From Candidatus Omnitrophota bacterium (GTDB lineage Bacteria; Omnitrophota; Omnitrophia; Omnitrophales; Aquincolibacteriaceae): 64,000 nucleotides of DNA. This document shows, one piece after another, positions 30,808 to 39,627 of the stretch. A program made the translations under genes and the position numbers. How positions within the stretch are numbered: position 1 is the stretch's first letter; each line of letters starts with the position of its first letter. The stretch lies in contig JBDRCT010000031.1 of assembly GCA_043821445.1 (NCBI GenBank), forward strand, positions 116,871-180,870. Reading direction: 5' to 3'. The notes under the pieces are model-generated. The model searched no databases and was not told where the DNA came from. It was given only the letters and a program-made list of their open reading frames with translations.

Positions 30808-30931
30808 GTCTTTTGCCGCAAAAATCTTTCAAAAACAAGAAGACACCGGGCAACGAGGAATTTGGAGTTATACTTTAATGATCATGGCGACGAACAGGGC
30901 GCGATATATATTGCCGGCCCGGGATCCGGGA

Positions 30932-32857
30932 TCACATGACCCGGAGCGCCCCTTGCGGGCGGGGAAGTTCTTTTTTTTCTTGATCACCACTCTCGGATCG
31001 ATCCAAAAGCATTTGCGCTGCGGCAAGATTGTTCTTGACGGATTCGTTTTCCGGTTCGAGTTCGAGAGCCTCTTGAAAAGCCTGTGCGGCATTCTTATAA
31101 TCCCCCGAATTCATAAAAGCAGCTCCTAAACCCGCGTAACTATCCACTTCTTTCGGATTCAGTATGATAGCTTGCCGAAATAATCGGATGGCTTTTTGAT
31201 TTTCTCCCCGCACAGTATAAATAACCCCGAGACTGCGACGGGCGGAAGCCTCTCTCAAGGGAGCCTCAGGCTGGGTCTTTCGTTCCCGCTGATATTCCGG
31301 ATCCGTTTCAAGCGCGATAGATTTTTCAAGGTAGGGCAGTGCTTCGGCGCGTTGCCTTTGTAAAAGATGTATATCTGCCATTTCAAGATAACAAAGAGCT
31401 TGGGTAAATGGCTTTGCGAGCGTGATCGCATGCCGGTAAGTGTCCAGGGCCTCTTGGTAGCGGCCGTTCCTTCCATAGATCTTGCCAAGATCCACGTAGG
31501 GGTAAAGATAGTCCGGCTTCAAGAGGATGGCTTTTCGAAATAAAAAAATAGTTTGGTCTTGAGTGCAAATTTTTGGACTATCACGGCATAGAATTCCCAG
31601 GTGAGCGTAGGCGAACGATGAGTGAGGGTTTTGGCGCAGAAGCTGCCACCAAAGCGTGAACCCGTCTTTATAGTTCAGGGTCAGGCGGAAGCTCAGGATA
31701 GAAAGATAAACGATCACTGCCGCAACGATGCTTTTTTTAAAAAAAGGAGAAGGAGCCCAGGAAGCGGTCCGGATCTTTGAAAGTAAGAGGGAAATGCCCG
31801 AGCAGAACAACAGCAGAATGGATGGAACGGAGAGGTAGGTGTAGTGGTCCGCTACATAAGAAAACCGGTGCCAACAAAAATCAAGGAGCCCCAGTACAGG
31901 GAAAAGGGAAACGCCGTAGAAACAAAGAAGCGCGAAAGCCCCGCGGCCAAGGCGGTGACGTTTCCAAAACAATATTGCATAAAGGGTCAGGACCCCCGCA
32001 GGATAAAGCCATGCGGTCACAGGGTTCCCGCCGATTGTCCACTTGGGGTAAAAGGTCATGAAATCCCGGGGAAGTATCATTTGCTGGATGTAAAAGAAGA
32101 AGATCCGTCCTGCGAGGAGCACCCTTTCAATAAGGCTTAACGGAAGATCGGGGATCTGCGGGGAGATGCTATAAGCATTTACAAGGTCAAGATGGAGGAT
32201 CGAGATCATGCCCCCTATCAGGAAAAGGGGCATGGCGAGAAGGAAATCGCGCTTGCAGAGGGAGCCTCGCTTCCACCACCCATAGAGGAGAGGAACGAAC
32301 GCAAAGCAAGCCGCTATGGGTTTACTCAAAAGTGCGGCGATAAAAAAAAGAAGTGATTTCGCGTAGGCCCTTTTTTTTCTGCTTACCTCGAAATCAAGAA
32401 ATGCGTGAACAGCCAACAGGAAGAAAAAAAAGCAAAATAGATTCTTTTGCTCCGAGATCCAGGCAACTGTTTCGACATGGATAGGATGGATCACGAACAG
32501 TAAAGCAATGATGCCGGCCAGACGGGGGGCCCATTTCCGCAAAAGTCCGAAAAGAAGCAGGGCGTTCAAAATATGGAACACTAAACTGATAACATGATAT
32601 CCCCAAGCGCTGACTCCCCAGAGTTTGTACTCGAGTCCGATACAAGAAAGAGTAACGGGATAATATTCTTCAATAATGTTATTGTGGAACCAAATGTTCT
32701 TGAGCCCCGCCCAGGAGCTGACAAATGGATTTTCAAAAACATAAAAACTATCATCCCAAACAAAACCATGGGTCAAAGAACGCGCGTAGATGAGTATCCC
32801 AAGAGTGACCGTCAATAAGACCCAAAACAGTTCTTTGGCCGAAAGCTTTCCGTTCAA
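30932..32857 (-). CDS. PMT/TMTC-like GT-C membrane protein with TPR domain, paralog 6 (divergent type C)
   Basis: 641 aa. Same architecture (polytopic N-terminus with a VWDD motif after TM1, C-terminal TPR repeats) but divergent in sequence. TTG start preceded by a GGGAGG RBS. Confidence 0.65.
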   Translation of the reverse strand: MNGKLSAKELFWVLLTVTLGILIYARSLTHGFVWDDSFYVFENPFVSSWAGLKNIWFHNNIIEEYYPVTLSCIGLEYKLWGVSAWGYHVISLVFHILNALLLFGLLRKWAPRLAGIIALLFVIHPIHVETVAWISEQKNLFCFFFFLLAVHAFLDFEVSRKKRAYAKSLLFFIAALLSKPIAACFAFVPLLYGWWKRGSLCKRDFLLAMPLFLIGGMISILHLDLVNAYSISPQIPDLPLSLIERVLLAGRIFFFYIQQMILPRDFMTFYPKWTIGGNPVTAWLYPAGVLTLYAILFWKRHRLGRGAFALLCFYGVSLFPVLGLLDFCWHRFSYVADHYTYLSVPSILLLFCSGISLLLSKIRTASWAPSPFFKKSIVAAVIVYLSILSFRLTLNYKDGFTLWWQLLRQNPHSSFAYAHLGILCRDSPKICTQDQTIFLFRKAILLKPDYLYPYVDLGKIYGRNGRYQEALDTYRHAITLAKPFTQALCYLEMADIHLLQRQRAEALPYLEKSIALETDPEYQRERKTQPEAPLREASARRSLGVIYTVRGENQKAIRLFRQAIILNPKEVDSYAGLGAAFMNSGDYKNAAQAFQEALELEPENESVKNNLAAAQMLLDRSESGDQEKKELPRPQGALRVM

Positions 32858-32926
32858 GACGCCTCCCGACAGGAAAAAGAATTTTTAGTTGCGAAATCGA
32901 AGACGAATCTTATACTAACACAACTT

Positions 32927-34342
32927 ATGACCCAAACATTATTTGAAAAAATATGGAATTCACACGCGGTGAAAACGTTTCCTGACGAAACGACGCTTCT
33001 CTATATCGACCGCCAGCTGGTCCACGAGGTGACGAGTCCGCAGGCTTTTGAAGGTCTTCGTCTTTCCGGGCGGAAGGTCCGCCATCCGGAGCTTACATTT
33101 GCGACGATGGATCACAATGTGCCGACCGATGCCGACCGCTTCGACATCAAAGATCCTATTGCCCGGGCGTCGCTCGAAGTGCTTGACCGGAATTGCAAGG
33201 AATTTGATGTCACGCTTTATGATCTCCATAGCGAAAAACAGGGCGTGGTGCATATTGTCGGCCCGGAGCTCGGGATCACTTTACCCGGGACGACCATTGT
33301 CTGCGGAGACTCCCACACTGCGACGCATGGTGCTTTCGGCGCGCTTGCATTTGGGATCGGGACTTCCGAAGTGGAGCACGTGCTTGCGACCCAGTGTTTG
33401 TTGCAGAAAAAACCCAAGACCTTCAGGGTCGAATTCACAGGGCGGCTTAAAGAACCGGTCTCTGCGAAAGATATGATCCTGAAGCTGATCGGGATCATCG
33501 GGACCGCGGGGGCCACGGGCTGCGTGATCGAGTATTGCGGAGAGGCGATCCGCGCTCTTTCCATGGAAGCGCGCATGACCGTTTGCAACATGACGATCGA
33601 GGCGGGCGCGCGCGCGGGCATGATCGCGCCGGATGAAGTGACATTCCGGTATGTTGCCGAAGGAAACCGTCCGTACGCGCCCAAAGGGAAGGATCTCGAA
33701 AAGGCCGAGGCTTATTGGCGGACGCTTTTTTCCGATCCGGGAGCAAAATTTGATAAAGAGATCACGATTGATGCGTCCAAGATCGCACCGCAAGTGACCT
33801 GGGGGACAAGCCCCGGCATGGTCGCAGATGTGGACGGGCGCGTTCCCGAGCCGGATCAAGTTCAAGGCTACGGGAAGGCGGATGTCGAGCAGTCTTTAAA
33901 ATATATGGGGCTGAGGTCTGGAATGCCGATCACAGATATTAAGATCGACACCGTGTTCGTCGGGAGCTGCACGAACGGTCGCATCGAAGACCTGCGTGCC
34001 GCGGCAAAGTATTTTAAGGGTCATAAAGTTGCCCGGGGTGTTCGCGTGCTTGTGGTGCCGGGTTCTCAGCGTGTAAAGAAACAAGCTGAGGCTGAAGGAC
34101 TCGACCAGATCTTTTTGTCATCGGGGTGCGAATGGCGCGATGCGGGATGCAGTATGTGTCTTGCCATGAATCCGGACCAGCTCAAACCGCAGGAACGCTG
34201 CGCAGCGACTTCCAACCGTAATTTCGAGGGCCGTCAGGGTAAGGACGGTCGCACGCATCTTGTGAGTGCGGAGATGGCGGCTGCGGCTGCCGTGGCAGGG
34301 CATTTGGTGGACGTCAGAAAATGGCCAGAGGTCTTGTCATGA
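32927..34342 (+). CDS. leuC: 3-isopropylmalate dehydratase large subunit
   Basis: Aconitase-family motifs ([20 protein letters not shown]). 471 aa, followed by leuD. Confidence 0.92.
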   Translation: MTQTLFEKIWNSHAVKTFPDETTLLYIDRQLVHEVTSPQAFEGLRLSGRKVRHPELTFATMDHNVPTDADRFDIKDPIARASLEVLDRNCKEFDVTLYDLHSEKQGVVHIVGPELGITLPGTTIVCGDSHTATHGAFGALAFGIGTSEVEHVLATQCLLQKKPKTFRVEFTGRLKEPVSAKDMILKLIGIIGTAGATGCVIEYCGEAIRALSMEARMTVCNMTIEAGARAGMIAPDEVTFRYVAEGNRPYAPKGKDLEKAEAYWRTLFSDPGAKFDKEITIDASKIAPQVTWGTSPGMVADVDGRVPEPDQVQGYGKADVEQSLKYMGLRSGMPITDIKIDTVFVGSCTNGRIEDLRAAAKYFKGHKVARGVRVLVVPGSQRVKKQAEAEGLDQIFLSSGCEWRDAGCSMCLAMNPDQLKPQERCAATSNRNFEGRQGKDGRTHLVSAEMAAAAAVAGHLVDVRKWPEVLS

Positions 34343-34980
34343 AAGCATTTGAGAACTTTCGAGGGGTGATCCTGCCGCTGGACCGCGCGAATGTCGATAC
34401 CGACGCGATCATTCCCAAACAGTTCCTGAAATCCGTCGCACGCACGGGATTCGGACAGGCGCTTTTTTACGATTGGCGATATCTTTCGGGCGGAAAAAAC
34501 GATCCCGGATTCATTCTGAACCGGGAAGAGTATCAGAACGCGACGATCTTGGTCGCACGTAACAATTTTGGATGTGGCTCCAGCCGCGAACATGCCGTGT
34601 GGGCGATCTGCCAGTATGGTTTCCGGGTCGTCATCACTCCATGGTCCGGAGAGGGGAAGGACCGTATTCCGGGATTTGCGGATATTTTCAGGAATAACAG
34701 CGTGAAAAACGGTCTTTTGACCCTGGAACTTTCGGAAGCAGAAGTTGAGAAGATCTTTCAAGAGGCTCACAAAAATCCTGGCTTAGAAGCGACCCTCCAC
34801 TTGGCCGATCAGACGGTGACCTTGCATGCTCCCCAAGAGATATCCTTCCATTTCGAAATCGATCCATCGGTCAAAGAGAGGTTCTTCTTAGGACTCGATG
34901 ATATTGGCATCACCCTCCAGGAGGGAAAAGCCATCCGCGAATTCGAAGCGAGACATGACACACAATTCCTTCGCACGTAA
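34339..34980 (+). CDS. leuD: 3-isopropylmalate dehydratase small subunit
   Basis: LeuD/aconitase swivel domain ([21 protein letters not shown]). ATGA overlap with the leuC stop. The ORF track starts at 34321. Confidence 0.9.
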   Translation: MKAFENFRGVILPLDRANVDTDAIIPKQFLKSVARTGFGQALFYDWRYLSGGKNDPGFILNREEYQNATILVARNNFGCGSSREHAVWAICQYGFRVVITPWSGEGKDRIPGFADIFRNNSVKNGLLTLELSEAEVEKIFQEAHKNPGLEATLHLADQTVTLHAPQEISFHFEIDPSVKERFFLGLDDIGITLQEGKAIREFEARHDTQFLRT

Positions 34981-35118
34981 TGCTGTCTTTCCGAATTTCT
35001 TCTATCTTTCGCTGAGTCCAGGACTTTCTATATTTTTATTAAGAAAAACCTTTGGCAGGCCGAAGATAAAAGGTAGTATATTGGCTAGAGTCCTAGCGGA
35101 GCTTTGTCTTGAGCATAC

Positions 35119-36894
35119 GTGGCTTTCCATCGCAAGGGGGTTGGGCACATGCAAAAACTCAGTGATACCAGCGATAAAAAAATCAGAATCATCCATCAAA
35201 ATGGTAAAAGCGTCTCTGAACCGCTGGCTCCCAAGAAAGGGATAGTCTTCAGCCTTTTTAACTTCTCGAGGGCCCAGACCCCCGGAGAAAATACTACAAC
35301 TGTTTTAAGTAAACTCGTTCCAGAAATACTTCGCCCTGGTACCCCGCGGGCCGATCTCAAAGCCGTTAAGAGCTGGATCGCTCTGGAAGAAAAGGTTGTC
35401 CACGATTACACGGAGCAAAAAAAAGCTCAACCCAAGAGCGCCGTTCCTTTGTCGACCACTCCTCGCCTTGATATCCTGCGAGCCGATCTCGCAGCCATCA
35501 AGAACCGTGTTGCTCTGGAAAAAAAGGTTGTCCGTGATTATCAGGAGCAAAAAACGGCTCAGTCCAAGAGCGTTGTTCCTTTGCCAAAAACTCCTCGCCC
35601 TGATCTCCTGCGAAACGGTCTCACCGCCGTCAGGAATTGGATTTCTTCATGGGAAAAGGCCGTTCGCAATGGCAAAGAGCAGCAAAAAGCTCAACCTAAG
35701 AGCGCCGTTCCTTCGCTAACCACTCCTCGTCTTGACGTCCTCCGAGCCGATCTTGCAGCCGTCAAGAACTGGGTTGCTTTGGAAGAAAAGATCGTTCACA
35801 ATGATAAGAAACAACAAACGCCTCACTCCGAGAACGCTGTTCCTTTGCCAATCCCCCCTCGCCCGGATACCTCTCGGGCCGATCTTACAACCATTAAAAA
35901 TCGTATTGCTTTGGAAGAAAAGGTTGTCCTTGATCATAAAGAGCAAAAAAAGGAGCAAAAAACAGCTCAGCCCAAGAGTGTTGTTTCTTTGCCAAAAACT
36001 CCTCGTCCCGATCTCCTGCAAACCGGTTTCGCCGTCGTAAGGAATTGGGTTTCTCTTGGGGAAAAATTTGTCCGTGATTATAAGGCTCAAAAAACAACTC
36101 AGCCCAAGAGCGTCGTTTCTCTGCCGAAAACCCCTGAGAAACAGTCCTTGCCCGTTTTTGAGACTTTCAGCATGCAAGCGGCCGTTTCCTCTGCTCCTCA
36201 CATTCCAAAACTCAAGGATCCCCTTCGCGGGTCGGAAAGGATCTCCTTAAAGCTGCGAAAATTTTTACTGGTATTAGGGTGGCTTACAGCAGGGGTCCTT
36301 GTGTTTTTGTATATTCAAGAGGCCTTTTTGAATCGTGAGGTATTGCAGAAACTTTCGCAGCTAAAAAACGAGAAAAATCTTCTCGAACAGTCTTACGTTG
36401 CGCTTCAGAATGTTTGGGAGAATCAGCGCGCGGAAATAAAATCGTTGAATAGCGAACTTCAGGATACGATCTTAGAACTAAAAACGGCCAAATCAGAGAT
36501 CGATACTTTACAAAACACGGTTCAGACTCAAAATGCCATCATCAGGGCCCTTAAGGCTCAGAGCCAAGCCTTTGAAAAGATCATCGATCAGGGAGGTCTG
36601 TCGGCCCTTTCCGGTGCTGCTGCTGGATTTTCGAGCGGACAATTTTTAACTGGGAGAACCCCCATATCGCAAGGAGAAATTACCTCGGTCAATGACCGGA
36701 GAGGTTTTGTTGTGATCAACATGGGTGCTAATCAGGGGGCCTATCCGGGGCGCTGGATCACGATCTCCCGGAACGACAGAGAGCTTGCGGTCGGGCGCAT
36801 CGATCGGGTTTATCCCACCATGTCCGTCGCTGTGCTTCGCAGTTCGGGCATGTTGCAGGTGGTTCAAGAGGGCGATCGCGTTTTCTTTTCTTAA
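35119..36894 (+). CDS. Tandem-repeat protein: six ~44-aa proline/lysine-rich repeats, one TM helix, a coiled coil and a conserved C-terminal domain; likely a pilus/secretion-associated accessory protein
   Basis: The repeats PR(P/L)D.L(R)ADLAA(I/V)KN(R/W)(I/V)ALEEK(V)V.DY.EQK.AQPKS(V/A)VPLPKT span about 35330-36130 with a ~132 nt period. TM helix is LLVLGWLTAGVLVFLYI. An alternative start at the ATG at 35149 has a better AAGGGGG RBS. Confidence 0.75.
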   Translation: MAFHRKGVGHMQKLSDTSDKKIRIIHQNGKSVSEPLAPKKGIVFSLFNFSRAQTPGENTTTVLSKLVPEILRPGTPRADLKAVKSWIALEEKVVHDYTEQKKAQPKSAVPLSTTPRLDILRADLAAIKNRVALEKKVVRDYQEQKTAQSKSVVPLPKTPRPDLLRNGLTAVRNWISSWEKAVRNGKEQQKAQPKSAVPSLTTPRLDVLRADLAAVKNWVALEEKIVHNDKKQQTPHSENAVPLPIPPRPDTSRADLTTIKNRIALEEKVVLDHKEQKKEQKTAQPKSVVSLPKTPRPDLLQTGFAVVRNWVSLGEKFVRDYKAQKTTQPKSVVSLPKTPEKQSLPVFETFSMQAAVSSAPHIPKLKDPLRGSERISLKLRKFLLVLGWLTAGVLVFLYIQEAFLNREVLQKLSQLKNEKNLLEQSYVALQNVWENQRAEIKSLNSELQDTILELKTAKSEIDTLQNTVQTQNAIIRALKAQSQAFEKIIDQGGLSALSGAAAGFSSGQFLTGRTPISQGEITSVNDRRGFVVINMGANQGAYPGRWITISRNDRELAVGRIDRVYPTMSVAVLRSSGMLQVVQEGDRVFFS

Positions 36895-36925
36895 CGTCCA
36901 AGTCATTTTTTGAATTTTTTCATGG

Positions 36926-38524
36926 GTGGCTTGGACAGCACTGACTTCCGATAGAAAATTAATGAAAGTCAGGCAAAATCTTGATCTCAGGGGTATCATG
37001 TTAAAAGGGGTTGGCGTTTATGTCGGTCGCAATGAAGTGATCGCAGTTTCCGCAACCCGCACGGGGACTGGGCCCCAGATCACGTCCTTCGCGATCGAAT
37101 CCATCGGCCCCGAAGATCCTCAACCCGGCGTCGACAGAGAAATCCACAGGATCAAAAAAATGACTCCTGAGGCGCAGGCCGTTCTCAGAGCTCTTACAAA
37201 GATCAAAGAGCAGGGGGCTTTTGTGAATGTTGCTGTCAGCCCTTTGCTGGTCGTGACGCGGAACTTCATCATGCCGATGGTTCCCAAAAAAGACGAGATG
37301 GGCGCAGTCCGTAATGAAGCTAGCCGCTACGTCCCCTTCAAGATCACCGATTCGGTGCTGGATTATCACGCATACCCGACCCACAAGAATGTCCTCTCGG
37401 TCACGGTCACAGCGATCCGGAGCGAAATTCTCGATGAATGTTTACAAAATATGCGTTCGGCATCCGCAAAGGTGCTTGTGGTGGAGCCGGTCTATAACGC
37501 CGCCAGCCGTGTTTTCTTGGCTTTAAGTAAAGTTGGAAAGGCCCAAATCCATGGGTTTGTGATCCTCCAGTCTGACGGGAACGTGAACGTAACGCTTGCT
37601 TCCAAAGGGATCGTCTACCTGTCTCGTGATTTTCTTTTAAGTGGAAGACTGGAAGAAGATAAAACACGGTTCTATAACGAACTTAAAGCCTCAATGGAAT
37701 ATTTTTATAAATTGACCGGGGGTGAATCGATCGAGCAGATCTTTTTATCTGGGGTGGGAGATCTCAAGATCTGGGTCGAACATTTGGAGCATGCGTTCAA
37801 TTATAAAGTCCGTTTTGATGTTGCCAATCTACCCAGGGCAAAGGGCCTGCCGCCGGAGGCGCTTCACGAGTTGTTAGTGGCCTTTGGATTGGCGATTCGT
37901 TCCCTTGGGTATCGTTCTTCTCTCGGGAGTATTCAACTGCTGCCCAAGGAAGAACGCAGATCCGATCCCCCTCAATTCCTGAAATTTCTAGTGATCGAAT
38001 TTTTTTTGATCCTCATTTTTTTTGCCATAGTTCGCCTTGTTGCTTTCCAGCCGTACCTGATGGGCTTGAAGCATCAGAAGGAAGCGATGATGGGTCCCGC
38101 GGAGCAGGAGTTTCCCAAGTTCGCTTCTAGCTCTCTCGAGGACCTGCAGGTCGAAGGAGGAGAGTTGAACCAGAGAATGGAACGGCTGAACAAATTTTTT
38201 GGCGACAAGCTTTCGGTGGCAGCTTTCTTGGCAGCTTTGGGGCAGGGCCTGCCGAAATCGATTTCGTTGGATTATGTTTCGATTGAGGATGCGACCGGAG
38301 CGCTAGCCCAGCAAAGCGGAACCACTCAAAAACGTCTGAATATCAGGGGGATCTGTTATCTCGGAAGCGCCGAAAAAGAAACAGAGACCGTCACCTCTTG
38401 GTTAAAAGCACTTAGTGCGAAAAAGATCATGGCAGAACATTTCTCGGAGATCAGGGTCGAAGAGATCAAAAGGGAAAAGTTTCGCAATCGGGATGTCACG
38501 CGTTTTCGGTGCCTGGGAGAATGA
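36926..38524 (+). CDS. PilM-PilN fusion / GspL-like type IV filament assembly protein (cytoplasmic actin-like domain + TM + periplasmic domain)
   Basis: N-terminal PilM/GspL-like actin-fold region (GVGVYVGRNEVIAVSA...). A single TM helix (FLVIEFFLILIFFAIV) at about residue 345. The periplasmic C-terminus is about 170 aa. Confidence 0.6.
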   Translation: MAWTALTSDRKLMKVRQNLDLRGIMLKGVGVYVGRNEVIAVSATRTGTGPQITSFAIESIGPEDPQPGVDREIHRIKKMTPEAQAVLRALTKIKEQGAFVNVAVSPLLVVTRNFIMPMVPKKDEMGAVRNEASRYVPFKITDSVLDYHAYPTHKNVLSVTVTAIRSEILDECLQNMRSASAKVLVVEPVYNAASRVFLALSKVGKAQIHGFVILQSDGNVNVTLASKGIVYLSRDFLLSGRLEEDKTRFYNELKASMEYFYKLTGGESIEQIFLSGVGDLKIWVEHLEHAFNYKVRFDVANLPRAKGLPPEALHELLVAFGLAIRSLGYRSSLGSIQLLPKEERRSDPPQFLKFLVIEFFLILIFFAIVRLVAFQPYLMGLKHQKEAMMGPAEQEFPKFASSSLEDLQVEGGELNQRMERLNKFFGDKLSVAAFLAALGQGLPKSISLDYVSIEDATGALAQQSGTTQKRLNIRGICYLGSAEKETETVTSWLKALSAKKIMAEHFSEIRVEEIKREKFRNRDVTRFRCLGE

Positions 38525-38537
38525 GGAGCGTTAGAAC

Positions 38538-39095
38538 ATGTTGAACATCATGTTGAATATGAAGATCCGTGAGGGGGAAAAGGAGTTGGCCCTCAAAGCC
38601 GCGGCGGGAGTCGCGATGAGCATATTGTTGTATACACTCGTGGTCCAGCCTGTTTTCCAAGAAATTTTGACCGCACGGCAAGAGCTCAAAAATTCAGAAA
38701 AGCGGCTTGAACTTCACAGAGAGATCCTGGGGCTGAAAAAAGATCTGGAAAAGAAAGAGAGTTCCTTGGCGACGCTTACGGAGCGGTCCCAACTTCTTGG
38801 AAGGATCTCAGATGTTGCGGGTCAGACCCAGATCCGTTTTGGGACGCTGACCCCCCGGACCGAACCGGATGGGGGATTTTTAAAGCTGAAAGTGGAAATG
38901 GACGGACGAGGTTCCTTCTTTTCATTGTTAAAATTTCTTCTGGCGATCGAAAAAACACAGTCTGTGGTTAAAGTCAAGGATATGTCCCTGTTATGGAATT
39001 CTTTCTCTAAACAGCCGGAAGGCAGGGAGTCTTTACAGATTCAACTTGTGTTTGAAACTCTTTTGAAACCGAAGGTCAAAAAAACCGATGGCTAG
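38538..39095 (+). CDS. PilO/GspM-like bitopic inner membrane protein
   Basis: 185 aa with an N-terminal TM helix and a coiled coil (ELKNSEKRLELHREILGLKKDLEKKESSLATL). Its position between the PilM/N-like and secretin genes supports the call. Confidence 0.5.
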   Translation: MLNIMLNMKIREGEKELALKAAAGVAMSILLYTLVVQPVFQEILTARQELKNSEKRLELHREILGLKKDLEKKESSLATLTERSQLLGRISDVAGQTQIRFGTLTPRTEPDGGFLKLKVEMDGRGSFFSLLKFLLAIEKTQSVVKVKDMSLLWNSFSKQPEGRESLQIQLVFETLLKPKVKKTDG

Positions 39096-39627
39096 ACTCA
39101 ACCGGTTCTTTTTTAAATTTTTCCTGGTGGTGGTGTGGCCCCCAGTTTTAGCGTGGGGTGCAGTGGGACCTTCGCAATCCGCTACGAGAGATGCGTCTTC
39201 GGAGATGACTTCCGGGATCGACGGTGCGCTCCAGTTGGCCCAAGGAGAAATTCGGGATCCTTTTGCGATAGCTCCCGAAACTGAGGCTGCCGTGATCGCC
39301 GGTCCTGTTGCGTCGGCGGCGCGCCCCGAGGTTGCCGTGGTGCTGGAAGGGATCGGCTTTGGAAGCAAGGACGCTTATGCGGTCATCGGGGGTGATATTT
39401 ATTACATAGGTGATGAGTTGAATGGAATAAAACTTCTTGAAGTTCGCAGACGAGAGGTCGATATTCTAGTGAACGGGGGAAGGATCACAGTGCCTCTGTT
39501 TCAAGGCGAGGAAGTTGAAAAGGCCAGGAAACGGGCACAGAAAAAAGGGGCCATGAAGAATGCTCCTGCGGATCCGTCGGCAAAAAAGCCGTCACCTTCA
39601 TCAGAAAGGGAGCAACTGACATTATGA
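39088..39627 (+). CDS. Secreted or periplasmic protein, possible PilP/GspC-like secretin-interacting component
   Basis: N-terminal signal/anchor (FFFKFFLVVVWPPVLAWG). 179 aa. Lies immediately upstream of the secretin, overlapping its start. Confidence 0.4.
   Translation: MARLNRFFFKFFLVVVWPPVLAWGAVGPSQSATRDASSEMTSGIDGALQLAQGEIRDPFAIAPETEAAVIAGPVASAARPEVAVVLEGIGFGSKDAYAVIGGDIYYIGDELNGIKLLEVRRREVDILVNGGRITVPLFQGEEVEKARKRAQKKGAMKNAPADPSAKKPSPSSEREQLTL

Noticed and set aside
33217-33865. 155-aa and 194-aa minus-strand ORFs
   Set aside because: They are antisense to leuC.
35305-36250. Multiple 60-160-aa ORFs in other frames and on the minus strand across the tandem-repeat region
   Set aside because: They are created by the 132-nt periodic repeats of the 35119..36894 gene. 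Each is a periodic echo and lacks a start context.
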